Shown: positions 44,304 through 53,617, numbered from the stretch's first letter. The stretch is 64,000 nt of DNA from an uncultured Acidimicrobiaceae bacterium (GCA_964558575.1 CAZLEQ010000008.1:1274-65273), one strand, 5' to 3'. Translations and numbers: made by a program. The notes: generated from the sequence alone by a model not told the origin.

Positions 44304-44822
44304 ATGAGATTACGACTGTTGACTCTCACCGCCGTGCTCGCTGTGGTCGGAGCCGCTTGCAGCGGCGACGACCCCGAGTTGTCCACCGATTCGACCATCG
44401 TCATCGGTGGCAGCGATACCACCGTCCCCTCCGACAGTGCCACCACCACGACTTCGGGCAGTGACGGCACCTCACCACCTACGACCCTCGTCGGTGAGAC
44501 CGTCACCGAGCACGAGGTGGTCAACGAGATCCCTAACGACGACGGGGTCGAGCGGCACGTCGTCATCCCCAACGGGGCCTACACCGACGTCGATCTAGAG
44601 AACTTCGTCATCGACCTCATCGAGCAGTATCCCGACCTCTATGGTGCCGAGGTCTTCGACGACGCCGCTGCTGCCGAGGCTTTCCTGGTTCCCGAAGGCG
44701 AGCGCACCGACGAGGAGGTGGCCCTGCTCGAGCGGCACCACTTCGTCACCTTGACCGGTAGGGCGCGCATCGACTTCCGCGGCCCCTTCGCCGAGTTCCC
44801 GGGCGGGGCGATCGGGAGCTGA
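44304..44822 (+). CDS. Hypothetical lipoprotein with a Thr/Ser-rich linker
   Basis: Signal peptide with lipobox VVGAAC, a low-complexity S/T linker, and a C-terminal globular ~100 aa with no recognisable motif. Confidence 0.55.
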   Translation: MRLRLLTLTAVLAVVGAACSGDDPELSTDSTIVIGGSDTTVPSDSATTTTSGSDGTSPPTTLVGETVTEHEVVNEIPNDDGVERHVVIPNGAYTDVDLENFVIDLIEQYPDLYGAEVFDDAAAAEAFLVPEGERTDEEVALLERHHFVTLTGRARIDFRGPFAEFPGGAIGS

Positions 44823-44836
44823 ACCCGCCCCCAAAT

Positions 44837-44885
44837 CGCGAACCCTGGGTTCCAGGCCCCACTGGGCGAAGTCTGGCGCCCTCAG
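44837..44885. repeat. About 49-bp intergenic repeat, family 3, copy X
   Basis: CGCGAACCCTGGGTTCCAGGCCCCACTGGGCGAAGTCTGGCGCCCTCAG. About 40 of 49 positions are identical to 54959-55007, including the exact 16-mer GCGAAGTCTGGCGCCC. Confidence 0.6.
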
Positions 44886-44893
44886 TTCAGCGA

Positions 44894-46294
44894 TCAGAGC
44901 AGCCAGGCCGCCAGCAGAAGGAACCCTCCAAATCCGACTATGTCGGTGAGGAGGGTGAGGAAGATCGAGGAGGCCAAGGCCGGATCCATGCCCAGTCGTC
45001 GCAGCACCACCGGGATGCCGCTGCCGGCGAGTGTGGCCACGACCAGCACGATGAACGCAGAGATCGAGACGACCACGGCTACCTGCTCTGGCGCCGACCC
45101 GGTGTCGAAGATCCCCGCGGAGATCAGGAGCCAGGAGACGCCGAACGAGAGAACTCCGATTGCCAGCCCGTTGAGCATCCCGAGCTCGGTCTGACGTCCG
45201 AGGATCCCCGGCACCTGGGCCGCGGGAACGTCGTCGGAGGCGAGCGAGCGGATCATCACAGCCAGGCTCTGGTTCCCGCCGTTGCCACCGAGGAGGGCGA
45301 TCACGGGCATCAGGGCGGCGAGCACCGGCTCCCGGCTGATGATCCCGGTCTGGGTCTCGATCACGAAGGCCACCACCAGGGCGAGGAAGAGGTTCAACGC
45401 CAGCCATGGCATGCGCATCCGGAACGAGGCGGTCACTGCCGTGTAGACGGTCTCGGCGACACCCGCTCCGACGGCGGCGACGAAGTCCTCGGTGGCCTCG
45501 TCCTGGACCGCTTCGATGACGGCCTCGGTGGTGACCATGCCGACGAGACGGCCATCCTCTACAACCGGGATGCCGAACAGGTGGTAGCGCTGAGCCAGCT
45601 GAGCCACCTCTTCGCGATCGGTGAGGGTCGAGACGGCCACCGGATCCGGGACCATGACGTCGGCCAAGGGGGACCCCGGGCGACGGAACACCAGGTCGCG
45701 GAAAGAGATCACGCCTTGGAGGAGGCCATGATCGTCGACGACATAGACGTATGAGAGGTCCTCGTACTCCTCGTGCAGCTGGCGGATCCGCTCGATCGCC
45801 TCCCCGGTGGTCAACCCGAGCGGTAGCGACGCGATCTCGGTGGTCATTAGGCCACCGGCCGTGTCGGGCGGGTAGCTGAGCAGGTCGCGCACCTCGACCT
45901 CGGCGTCGTCCGACATCGCCGCGAGGAGGTCCTCGGTGACCGCCTCGTCCAGCTCGCCGATGAGGTCGGCGGCGGCCTCGCTCGGCATCTCGTTGAGGGC
46001 TGCAGCGAGATCGGCGATGGGGTACTGCTCGAGCAGCTCTGCGGCCAGCTCGGGAGCGATCTGCTCCAGGATCTCGGCGGCGTCGGCAGGGGGGAGCTCG
46101 GAGAGCAGGTCGGCGGCGTCGGCTTCGTCGAGTTGCTCCAGGATGTCGGCGGCGTCCCCGGGGGTGGCGACGACGAGCGCCTCCCATTCCTCGCGGTTGG
46201 CATCGAGGTAGTCGGCGACCTGGTCGTGATCGCGCCGTGCCACCGTGAGCAGCTGTCGGGCGAGTTGGCGGGGGCTTCTCAGCCGAAGTCTCAA
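44894..46294 (-). CDS. mgtE: Magnesium transporter MgtE
   Basis: MgtE N-domain acidic repeats (DAADILEQLDEADAADLL...), a CBS pair, and a C-terminal TM domain with GGNGGNQS and G.G.DPA motifs. Confidence 0.9.
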   Translation of the reverse strand: MRLRLRSPRQLARQLLTVARRDHDQVADYLDANREEWEALVVATPGDAADILEQLDEADAADLLSELPPADAAEILEQIAPELAAELLEQYPIADLAAALNEMPSEAAADLIGELDEAVTEDLLAAMSDDAEVEVRDLLSYPPDTAGGLMTTEIASLPLGLTTGEAIERIRQLHEEYEDLSYVYVVDDHGLLQGVISFRDLVFRRPGSPLADVMVPDPVAVSTLTDREEVAQLAQRYHLFGIPVVEDGRLVGMVTTEAVIEAVQDEATEDFVAAVGAGVAETVYTAVTASFRMRMPWLALNLFLALVVAFVIETQTGIISREPVLAALMPVIALLGGNGGNQSLAVMIRSLASDDVPAAQVPGILGRQTELGMLNGLAIGVLSFGVSWLLISAGIFDTGSAPEQVAVVVSISAFIVLVVATLAGSGIPVVLRRLGMDPALASSIFLTLLTDIVGFGGFLLLAAWLL

Positions 46295-46379
46295 GGGTCA
46301 CCCCGGGTCAGATGGACCGGCTCAGTGTGCCAGATCTCCCGTTTCGGATCGGGATGATCCCCCCGGGGATGGGGTTGGG

Positions 46380-46856
46380 TCAGCCCCCGTAAGGGCGCAC
46401 CGCGGTGATCTTCACCTCGAGGGTGCCGGCGGGCGCCTCATACTCGACTTCATCTCCGACCGTCTTCCCGAGCAGGGCACCGCCGAGTGGGCTCTCCGGG
46501 GAGGCGAGGAGCATCCCCGCACCCTTGTTCTCCTGTGAGGCGACGAAGTACTCCATCTCATCGCCGTCGGAATCGATGACCGTCACCACCGATCCGACTT
46601 CGACCCGCCCGGTGTCCTCGACCTCTCTCACCTCGGCAGTGTTGATGATGTGCTCCAGCTTGCGGATCCGTGCCTCCATCATCCCCTGGTCGTTCTTCGC
46701 TACGTCGTAGTCGGCGTTCTCACGCAGGTCGCCGTGAGATCTGGCCTCGGCGATGCGGGCCTCGATCTCCGCGCGGCCGGTGGTCTTCAGCTCCTCGAGC
46801 TCCTTCTGAACTTTCTCGAGTGCGGCCGGGGTCAGGAACGTCGTCTCGTCGGTCAT
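46380..46856 (-). CDS. greA: Transcription elongation factor GreA
   Basis: LT..........EL..L.......I...I..AR..GDL.ENA.Y..AK..Q, with a C-terminal FKBP-like domain; 158 aa. Confidence 0.9.
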   Translation of the reverse strand: MTDETTFLTPAALEKVQKELEELKTTGRAEIEARIAEARSHGDLRENADYDVAKNDQGMMEARIRKLEHIINTAEVREVEDTGRVEVGSVVTVIDSDGDEMEYFVASQENKGAGMLLASPESPLGGALLGKTVGDEVEYEAPAGTLEVKITAVRPYGG

Positions 46857-46986
46857 GGGAGAGGATCAGGTTAAGCAGGTACGTCTCCTACCCGGATCCC
46901 GGTTTCGGCTCCGAGGGTCGAAGAGAGCCGTGGATACGGGCCATTGGTCCCTTCGATCTGCGGTCACCGCGAGGTAGCTTCGGAAC

Positions 46987-49900
46987 ATGAGTGATATCGC
47001 CGCGCCCGTGCATGCCACGGTCGACGGAAACGAGGCAGCCGCCAGGGTGGCACATCTCCTCAGCGAGGTCATCGCCATCTATCCGATCACCCCCGCCTCT
47101 CCGATGGGGGAGCTCGCCGACGCCTGGTCACACCGGGGCAAGCCCAACCTGTGGGGTGTCGTCCCCGACGTGGTCGAGATGCAGAGCGAGGCCGGCGCGG
47201 CCGGGACGATCCACGGAGCGCTCACCGCCGGAGCGTTGAGCACCACTTTCACCGCCTCCCAGGGCCTGCTGCTGATGCTCCCCAACATGTACAAGATCGC
47301 CGGTGAGTTGACGCCCGCGGTGATCCACGTCGCGGCGCGCACGGTGGCTACCCACGCCCTGTCCATCTTCGGTGACCATTCCGATGTGATGGGAGCACGC
47401 CAGACCGGCTTCGCCATGCTGGCATCCGGCTCGGTTCAGGAGGCCCAGGACCTGGCGCTCGTGGCCCACCTCGCCACCCTCGAGGCGAGGCTGCCGTTCC
47501 TCCATTTCTTCGACGGGTTCCGGACGTCTCACGAGGTAGCCAAGATCGAGGTGATCGATGAGACGACGATTCGCACTCTCGTCGATGAGGAATTGATCGC
47601 CCAGCATCGGCTGCGCGCCCTGAACCCGAACTCACCGACTCTCCGCGGGACCGCCCAGAACCCCGACGTCTTCTTCCAGGCGCGGGAGGCTTCCAACCCC
47701 TACTACGAAGCCATTCCCGAGATCGTTGTCAGGGCGATGGACCGGATCGCCGAGACCACCGGTCGCCGCTATCACTTGTTCGAGTATCACGGCGCACCGG
47801 ACGCCGAGACGGTCATGGTGATCATGGGATCGGGCGCCGGGGCGGCCCGGGAGGCCGTCGACCAACTCGTCGGTGGCGGCGACAAGGTGGGGGTCGTCGA
47901 GGTTCACCTCTACCGCCCGTTCGATGTCGACTCCTTCGTCGGTGGCCTCCCCGGGACGGTGAGGCGGATGGTGGTCATGGACCGGACCAAAGAGCCAGGG
48001 GCGGTCGGTGAGCCGCTCTACCAGGACGTCGTCTCCGCATTGGCCGAGTTGGGTGTCGACGCCGATGTGATCGGAGGTAGGTACGGGCTCTCCTCCAAGG
48101 AGTTCACCCCAGCCATGGTCACCGGCGTCTTCGCCGAGGCGGCGAGGGCCGAGCCGCGACGTCACTTCACCGTGGGGATCTTCGATGACGTGACCAACAC
48201 CTCTGTCGACTACGACCCGAGCTCATGGGCCGAGCCTGACGACGTGGTCCGGGCAGTGTTCTACGGCTTGGGCTCCGACGGGACCGTTGGTGCCAACAAG
48301 AACTCCGTCAAGATCATCGGCGAGTCCACCGGTCTCTACGCACAGGGCTACTTCGTCTACGACTCGAAGAAGGCGGGGTCGCGGACCGTGTCTCATCTCA
48401 GGGTTTCCCCGCGGCCCATCGAGTCGACCTATCTCATCACCGAGGCCGATTTCGTCGCGGTCCATCAGTTCGACTTCCTGGAGACCATCGACGCCCTGGA
48501 GCTTGCCCGCCCCGGCGGGACGGTGCTGCTGAACAGCCCGTATCCCCCGAACCAGGTCTGGGATCGGTTGCCTATCGAGGCGCAGCGCCAAGTCCTCGAC
48601 AAGGAGCTCACCGTGTGGGCCATCGATGCTGCCGCCATCGCCAGGGACGCCGGTCTCGGGGGTCGGGTCAACACGGTCCTCCAGACGTGCTTCTTCCATC
48701 TCAGCGATTTCCTCGACACCGACGAGGCCGTGGTTGCGATCAAGGAGCACATCCGCAAGAGCTACGGCAAGCGAGGCCAGGCGGTGGTGAGTCGAAACGA
48801 GGAGGCGGTCGACCGGGCGATCGCCGGGCTGTACAGGGTCGAGCCGGAAGCGGCCGAAAGCATGCGCAGGATCGCCGACCCGGTGCCGGAGATCGCCCCG
48901 ACCTTCGTCAAGCGGGTGACCGCGATGATGATGGCAGGAAGGGGAGACCTACTCCCCGTGTCCGCACTCCCGGTCGACGGGACGTTCCCCACCGGAACCG
49001 CCATGTGGGAGAAGCGATCGATCGCCGACGAGATCCCTATCTGGGACCCTGATCTCTGCATCGACTGTGGTCGCTGTGCCCTGGTCTGTCCTCACGCCGC
49101 CATCAGATTCAAGGCATTCGAGCCCCATATCCCCATTCCTGACGGGTTCTTGTGGAAGGAGTCGACCGGCAAGGACCTGAGGGGCCTGCGGATAGTGATC
49201 CAGGTCGCCCCCGACGACTGCACCGGTTGCGGCGTCTGTGTGGAGGTGTGCCCGGCAAAATCGAAGGAAGTGGTGCGGCACAAGGCGATCAACATGGAAC
49301 CCATAGACGAGCACCTCGACCGAGAGCGGGGCAACTTCTCCTACTTCCTCGAGATCCCGGAGATGGACCGATCCCAGGTCAACGCCCAGTCTGTGAAGGG
49401 CACCCAGTTGCTCCAGCCGCTGTTCGAGTTCTCGGGGGCCTGTGCCGGTTGTGGTGAGACCCCTTACCTGAAGCTGATCACGCAGATGATGGGTGACCGG
49501 ATGGTCGTGGCCAATGCCACCGGCTGCTCTTCGATCTACGGAGCGAATCTGCCTACCACCCCCTGGACCGCCGACGACAATGGCCGCGGCCCCGCCTGGT
49601 CCAACAGCCTGTTCGAGGACAACGCGGAGTTCGGATTGGGGATGCGTCTCGCCATGGAGACCCAACGACAGGACGCGGTCCTCCTGGTAACGGCTCTGGC
49701 CCCCGAGCTCGGCGGGCTGGCAGTCGAGATCCTGGAGATGGTGGAGAACCCCGATCACTCCGACACCGAGTCTCTAGTCGAGCGTCAGCGCAAGAACGTG
49801 AGCCAGCTGAGGGAGCTGCTCGAGGTAATGGAGGGCCCCCTCCCCCGGAGGCTCGAGGGTGTTGCCGACTCTCTGATCGAGACCAGCGTCTGGATAGTGG

Positions 49901-50565
49901 GTGGCGACGGCTGGGCATATGACATCGGATTCGGCGGTCTCGACCACGTGTTGGCCTCGGGACGGAACATCAACATCCTGGTGCTCGACACCGAGGTGTA
50001 CTCCAATACCGGAGGGCAGGCATCCAAGGCGACGCCACGCGCCGCCATCGCCAAGTTCGCTGCCGGGGGCAAGGCCACAGGCAAGAAGGACCTGGGTCAG
50101 ATCGCGATGTCATACGGGAACGTCTACGTCGGTCAGATCGCCATGGGGGCGAACCCGAATCAGACCGTCAAGACCCTCGCCGAAGCCGAGGCCCATCGAG
50201 GAGTCTCGCTCGTCATCGCCTATAGCCCCTGCGTCGCCCACGGCTACGACCTGAAGCACCAGCTCGGGCATCAGAAGGCGGCGAGCGACTCGGGCTACTG
50301 GCCGCTCTATCGCTACGACCCTGCACGTGAGGCGGCGGGAGAGCCGGGACTGCGTCTCGACAGCAGGAGACCCTCGATTCGCTTCAAGGACTTCGCTGCC
50401 ACCGAGGCTCGATTCGCCATGTTGGGCCGGGTCGATCCCGAGGGTGCCGATCAGCTCATGGACAGAGCCCAGCAAGACATAGATGACCGCTGGCAACTCT
50501 ACGAGCAGATGGTCGAGGTCCACCGGACCGCGGTGTTCGTCGACGATGAGGAGGATGAAGTATGA
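46987..50565 (+). CDS. nifJ: Pyruvate:ferredoxin (flavodoxin) oxidoreductase, single-polypeptide NifJ/PFOR type
   Basis: 1192 aa. Contains DGNEAAA..A, two ferredoxin motifs CIDCGRCALVCPH and CTGCGVCVEVCP, the TPP domain GDGWAYDIGFGGLDHV and VLDTEVYSNTGGQ.SKATP. Confidence 0.9.
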   Translation: MSDIAAPVHATVDGNEAAARVAHLLSEVIAIYPITPASPMGELADAWSHRGKPNLWGVVPDVVEMQSEAGAAGTIHGALTAGALSTTFTASQGLLLMLPNMYKIAGELTPAVIHVAARTVATHALSIFGDHSDVMGARQTGFAMLASGSVQEAQDLALVAHLATLEARLPFLHFFDGFRTSHEVAKIEVIDETTIRTLVDEELIAQHRLRALNPNSPTLRGTAQNPDVFFQAREASNPYYEAIPEIVVRAMDRIAETTGRRYHLFEYHGAPDAETVMVIMGSGAGAAREAVDQLVGGGDKVGVVEVHLYRPFDVDSFVGGLPGTVRRMVVMDRTKEPGAVGEPLYQDVVSALAELGVDADVIGGRYGLSSKEFTPAMVTGVFAEAARAEPRRHFTVGIFDDVTNTSVDYDPSSWAEPDDVVRAVFYGLGSDGTVGANKNSVKIIGESTGLYAQGYFVYDSKKAGSRTVSHLRVSPRPIESTYLITEADFVAVHQFDFLETIDALELARPGGTVLLNSPYPPNQVWDRLPIEAQRQVLDKELTVWAIDAAAIARDAGLGGRVNTVLQTCFFHLSDFLDTDEAVVAIKEHIRKSYGKRGQAVVSRNEEAVDRAIAGLYRVEPEAAESMRRIADPVPEIAPTFVKRVTAMMMAGRGDLLPVSALPVDGTFPTGTAMWEKRSIADEIPIWDPDLCIDCGRCALVCPHAAIRFKAFEPHIPIPDGFLWKESTGKDLRGLRIVIQVAPDDCTGCGVCVEVCPAKSKEVVRHKAINMEPIDEHLDRERGNFSYFLEIPEMDRSQVNAQSVKGTQLLQPLFEFSGACAGCGETPYLKLITQMMGDRMVVANATGCSSIYGANLPTTPWTADDNGRGPAWSNSLFEDNAEFGLGMRLAMETQRQDAVLLVTALAPELGGLAVEILEMVENPDHSDTESLVERQRKNVSQLRELLEVMEGPLPRRLEGVADSLIETSVWIVGGDGWAYDIGFGGLDHVLASGRNINILVLDTEVYSNTGGQASKATPRAAIAKFAAGGKATGKKDLGQIAMSYGNVYVGQIAMGANPNQTVKTLAEAEAHRGVSLVIAYSPCVAHGYDLKHQLGHQKAASDSGYWPLYRYDPAREAAGEPGLRLDSRRPSIRFKDFAATEARFAMLGRVDPEGADQLMDRAQQDIDDRWQLYEQMVEVHRTAVFVDDEEDEV

Positions 50566-51569
50566 CAGTCGACCTGAGCACGCGGTATCTCGGCTTCGAG
50601 TTGGACCATCCGATCCTGCCCTCGGCGTCCCCGTTGACCGGGGACATCGATCACATCCACGCCCTGGTCGAGGCGGGCGCACCGGCCATCGTCCTCCCCA
50701 GTCTCTTCGAGGAGCAGATCGAGCACGACGCCATGGCCGTTCACTACACCCTGGAGATGGGTGCCGATGGCTTCGGAGAAGCGGCCGAGGGGTTCTTCCC
50801 CGAACTCGACGACTACAACACCGGTCCCGAGGACTACATCGAACTGATCCGGAGGGCCAAAGCCGAGCTGCACATCCCCGTGATCGCCAGTCTCAACGGG
50901 GTCTCGACGGGTGGCTGGACCATGTACGCCCAGATCCTCGCCGATCAGGGGATCGACGCACTCGAGCTGAACGTCTACCGGCTCCCCTCCGACGTGAAAC
51001 AGACCTCTGCCGATGTCGAGAAGTCCTATGTCGACCTGGTCGAGAAGGTCAAGGGCTCGGTGGACCTGCCCCTGGCGGTGAAGATCGGCCCCTACTTCTC
51101 ATCGGTTCCCGACATCGCCAGACGGCTGACCGTCGCCGGCGCAGATGCTCTGGTGATGTTCAACCGGTTCTACCAGCCGGACATCGACCTCGAGACTCTC
51201 GGTGTGAGGCCCAATCTCGTCCTGTCCGACCCGGTGGAGCTGCGACTGGTCCTGCGTTGGATGGCGATTCTGTACGGCCGGGTCGACTGCGACATGGCGG
51301 CGACCTCGGGCGTGCACGTCGCCGAGGACGCCGTCAAGGCCGTGCTGGCGGGGGCCAACGTCACGATGATGGCTTCAGCCCTGCTCAGGCATGGCGCCTC
51401 ACGTCTGACCGAGGTGAGAGATGGCATGGCAGGATGGCTGGAGAGCCACGACTACCACTCCGTCGACCAGGCGCGCGGGAGCCTCAGCTACTCGACGGTG
51501 CCGGATCCCGAGGTGTTCGAGCGGACCGGCTACATGAAGACGCTGACGTCTTACGTGCCCACCTGGTGA
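50562..51569 (+). CDS. Dihydroorotate dehydrogenase-like (PyrD family) flavoprotein
   Basis: TIM-barrel motifs ELN.Y, PL.VK.GPY, N.F..PDID, and ATSGV....D..K..LAGA. ATGA overlap with the PFOR stop. Confidence 0.8.
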   Translation: MTVDLSTRYLGFELDHPILPSASPLTGDIDHIHALVEAGAPAIVLPSLFEEQIEHDAMAVHYTLEMGADGFGEAAEGFFPELDDYNTGPEDYIELIRRAKAELHIPVIASLNGVSTGGWTMYAQILADQGIDALELNVYRLPSDVKQTSADVEKSYVDLVEKVKGSVDLPLAVKIGPYFSSVPDIARRLTVAGADALVMFNRFYQPDIDLETLGVRPNLVLSDPVELRLVLRWMAILYGRVDCDMAATSGVHVAEDAVKAVLAGANVTMMASALLRHGASRLTEVRDGMAGWLESHDYHSVDQARGSLSYSTVPDPEVFERTGYMKTLTSYVPTW

Positions 51570-52030
51570 GGCTGGAGGACCGTCGCCTCGAGCCTGGTCT
51601 CCGAGTTGACCGATCTCCCGATCAAGCACACGTGCTCCGCCTTCTCCAGGAGACGCTGGGCGCGGTCTACCTTCGACTCAGTCGAGATGAGGACGGTGGG
51701 GCGCAACACCACTTGATCGATCGAGTAGAGACCGTTGTCGGCTCGCTGCAGGTGCCCTGTGGAGTGGTCGTGGTACTCGAGGACCTCGACCCCCGAGTTG
51801 GCTGCCATCGCCTGGAAGGTCGTCATCAGACAGGACGCCAGGGAGGCGACGAAGAGGTGCTCGGGGCTCCAGATCTGGGGCGGCCCGCCGAACTCAGGTG
51901 GAGAGGCGAAGGCCATCTCGGGCAAGTGGTCCTTGGGCGCACTCAGAACGCCGGTCTTGGGCCCGGTCCCGGTGACGGTCACGTGGTAGTCGTGTTCGGT
52001 GATCAATGTGAATCCTTTCTCCACACACAT
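51551..52030 (-). CDS. OsmC/Ohr family peroxiredoxin-like protein
   Basis: PE.L...SLASC......A......V..Y......G, plus the second Cys in EHVCLI; 159 aa. Confidence 0.85.
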   Translation of the reverse strand: MCVEKGFTLITEHDYHVTVTGTGPKTGVLSAPKDHLPEMAFASPPEFGGPPQIWSPEHLFVASLASCLMTTFQAMAANSGVEVLEYHDHSTGHLQRADNGLYSIDQVVLRPTVLISTESKVDRAQRLLEKAEHVCLIGRSVNSETRLEATVLQPHQVGT

Positions 52031-52152
52031 GATCAGCGACTACGGTGCCGCGGCGCCATTCCCGTAGGTCCCCTTCTCATGGGACGTTCGTCTCTACCGG
52101 CCGGATCACCTGGGCCTTAACTTCGTGGTCACTTCGGCTCTAAGGAGATGAG

Positions 52153-52560
52153 ATGGCGTCGTACCACTTCAGCGTGACCGTTCACGAGGACTTCGACTCA
52201 GCGGTGACTCGAACCAAGCAGGCACTGGCAGACAACGGGTTCGGGATAGTCAGTGAGATCGACGTCGCCGCGGTCCTCGCGGAGAAGCTCGACATCGAAC
52301 ACGACCCCTATCTGATCCTCGGGGCATGCAGCCCGGAGTACGCCAGGACCGCCATAGTCAGCGAGCCTGCGATCGGCGTTCTGTTGCCATGCAACGTGGT
52401 GGTGCGTGCCGAAGGCGAGGGGGTGGTAGTCGACTTCATGGATCCTGCGGTGATGGTGGACCTGGTCGGCGAGCGGCGGGTGCACGAGATCGCAGAGGAT
52501 GTGCGGGCCCGCTTGGAGATGACCCGCGACGCCGTGGCCACCACATCGGCAGCCGCCTGA
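52153..52560 (+). CDS. DUF302 domain protein
   Basis: F..A....K.AL...GFGI..EIDV......K......Y.ILGAC.P..A, LLPCNVVV; an AAGGAG RBS lies upstream. Confidence 0.85.
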   Translation: MASYHFSVTVHEDFDSAVTRTKQALADNGFGIVSEIDVAAVLAEKLDIEHDPYLILGACSPEYARTAIVSEPAIGVLLPCNVVVRAEGEGVVVDFMDPAVMVDLVGERRVHEIAEDVRARLEMTRDAVATTSAAA

Positions 52561-52594
52561 CCCGTCGTCCCCACCCGGCGACTTAACTGGCCGG

Positions 52595-53617
52595 GTGACC
52601 GAGATACGTCTCACCCAGTACAGCCACGGAGCCGGTTGAGCCTGCAAACTCGGCGCCGCTGAGCTTGCCCAGGTCATGGGCTCCGTACAAGACCATGCCG
52701 CGGTCTCCCATCCCGACCTGATCGTCGGGATCGGGACCGATGACGATGCCGGTGTCTTTGCGCTGGGAGATGGGCGCGCGCTGATCCAGACGGTGGACAT
52801 CTTCACCCCCGTCGTCGACTCACCGCGCGACTGGGGGAGGATCGCCGCCGCCAACGCCCTCTCCGACATCTACGCGATGGGTGGTACGCCGCTGACCGCT
52901 CTGCAGTATCTGGCCTGGCCCCGGGACGCGCTGGCTTTCGATATCGCCGCCGAGGTGATTGCCGCCGGGATGGACGTCATGGCCGATGCCGGTTGCACCG
53001 TGGTCGGGGGCCACTCGATCGATGGCCCGGAGCCGACCTACGGATTCGCGGTCACCGGCACTGCCGCCGCTGGCGACGTCGTCACCAACGCCGGCGCCCG
53101 AGCCGGTGACTCCCTGGTGCTGACCAAGCCACTCGGGATGGGGATCGTCACCACGGCGATAAAGCGGGGGGTATGCCCCCAGCAGCTGGCCCGGCAGGCG
53201 ATCGAGCTCATGGCCACACTCAACGACGTGGCGGGACGCGGCCTGCACACCGCCGGCGCAACCGCCGCCACCGACGTCACTGGATTCGGACTGCTCGGCC
53301 ATCTTCTCGAGGTGTGCCGGGCCTCCGATACGGGCGCCGAGGTCGATCTGGCGTCGGTTCCTCTCCTGGAGGGAGTGGCTGACCTCCTCGCCGCGGGGAT
53401 GTGGGCTGGAGGCTCGGAGAGGAATCTGGCAGCGATCAGGGCGGAGTTGGAGACCGAGCACCACATGGACCTGGTCAAGCCGTTGATGGACGCCCAGACC
53501 TCAGGTGGGCTCTTGGTGACCTTGCCACCGGAGCGAGTCGACGTCTACCTGGACGCAGTGCCTGGGGCCGTGGTCATCGGCCGGATCACTGCGGAGAAAG
53601 TCATCCGGGTGACTTAA
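52595..53617 (+). CDS. selD: Selenide, water dikinase SelD, with an in-frame TGA (52637-52639) read as selenocysteine
   Basis: Translation from GTG 52595 gives VTEIRLTQYSHGAG-TGA-ACKLGAAELAQVMGSV..., in frame with track ORF 52676..53617. E. coli SelD has IRLTQYSHGAGCGCKI, and the TGA aligns with catalytic Cys17, which is Sec in some bacterial SelD proteins. The rest of the protein has all the SelD/AIR-synthase-like motifs. Confidence 0.85.
52667..52681 (+). promoter_or_regulatory. Candidate apical hairpin of a bacterial SECIS element
   Basis: GCCCA-GGUCA-UGGGC lies 28 nt downstream of the UGA. Its loop contains GGUC, as does the E. coli fdhF SECIS loop. The stem is only 5 bp, so this is tentative. 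Confidence 0.35.

Noticed and set aside
44595-46301. A 568-aa Arg-rich ORF in an alternative frame over mgtE. Similar long shadow ORFs occur at 11718..13343, 37840..39081, 50483..52120, 56268..57554 and 9493..10602.
   Set aside because: Their composition is extremely Arg/Pro/Gly-rich and they have no motifs. Each overlaps, fully or almost fully, a gene with clear family signatures. These are high-GC frame artefacts.
46295-46379. A possible Mg2+ (M-box) riboswitch upstream of mgtE.
   Set aside because: Only 85 nt separate the mgtE start from the greA stop, which is too short for an M-box of about 160 nt. I could not see its conserved helices. mgtE is more likely co-transcribed with greA or to have a simple promoter.
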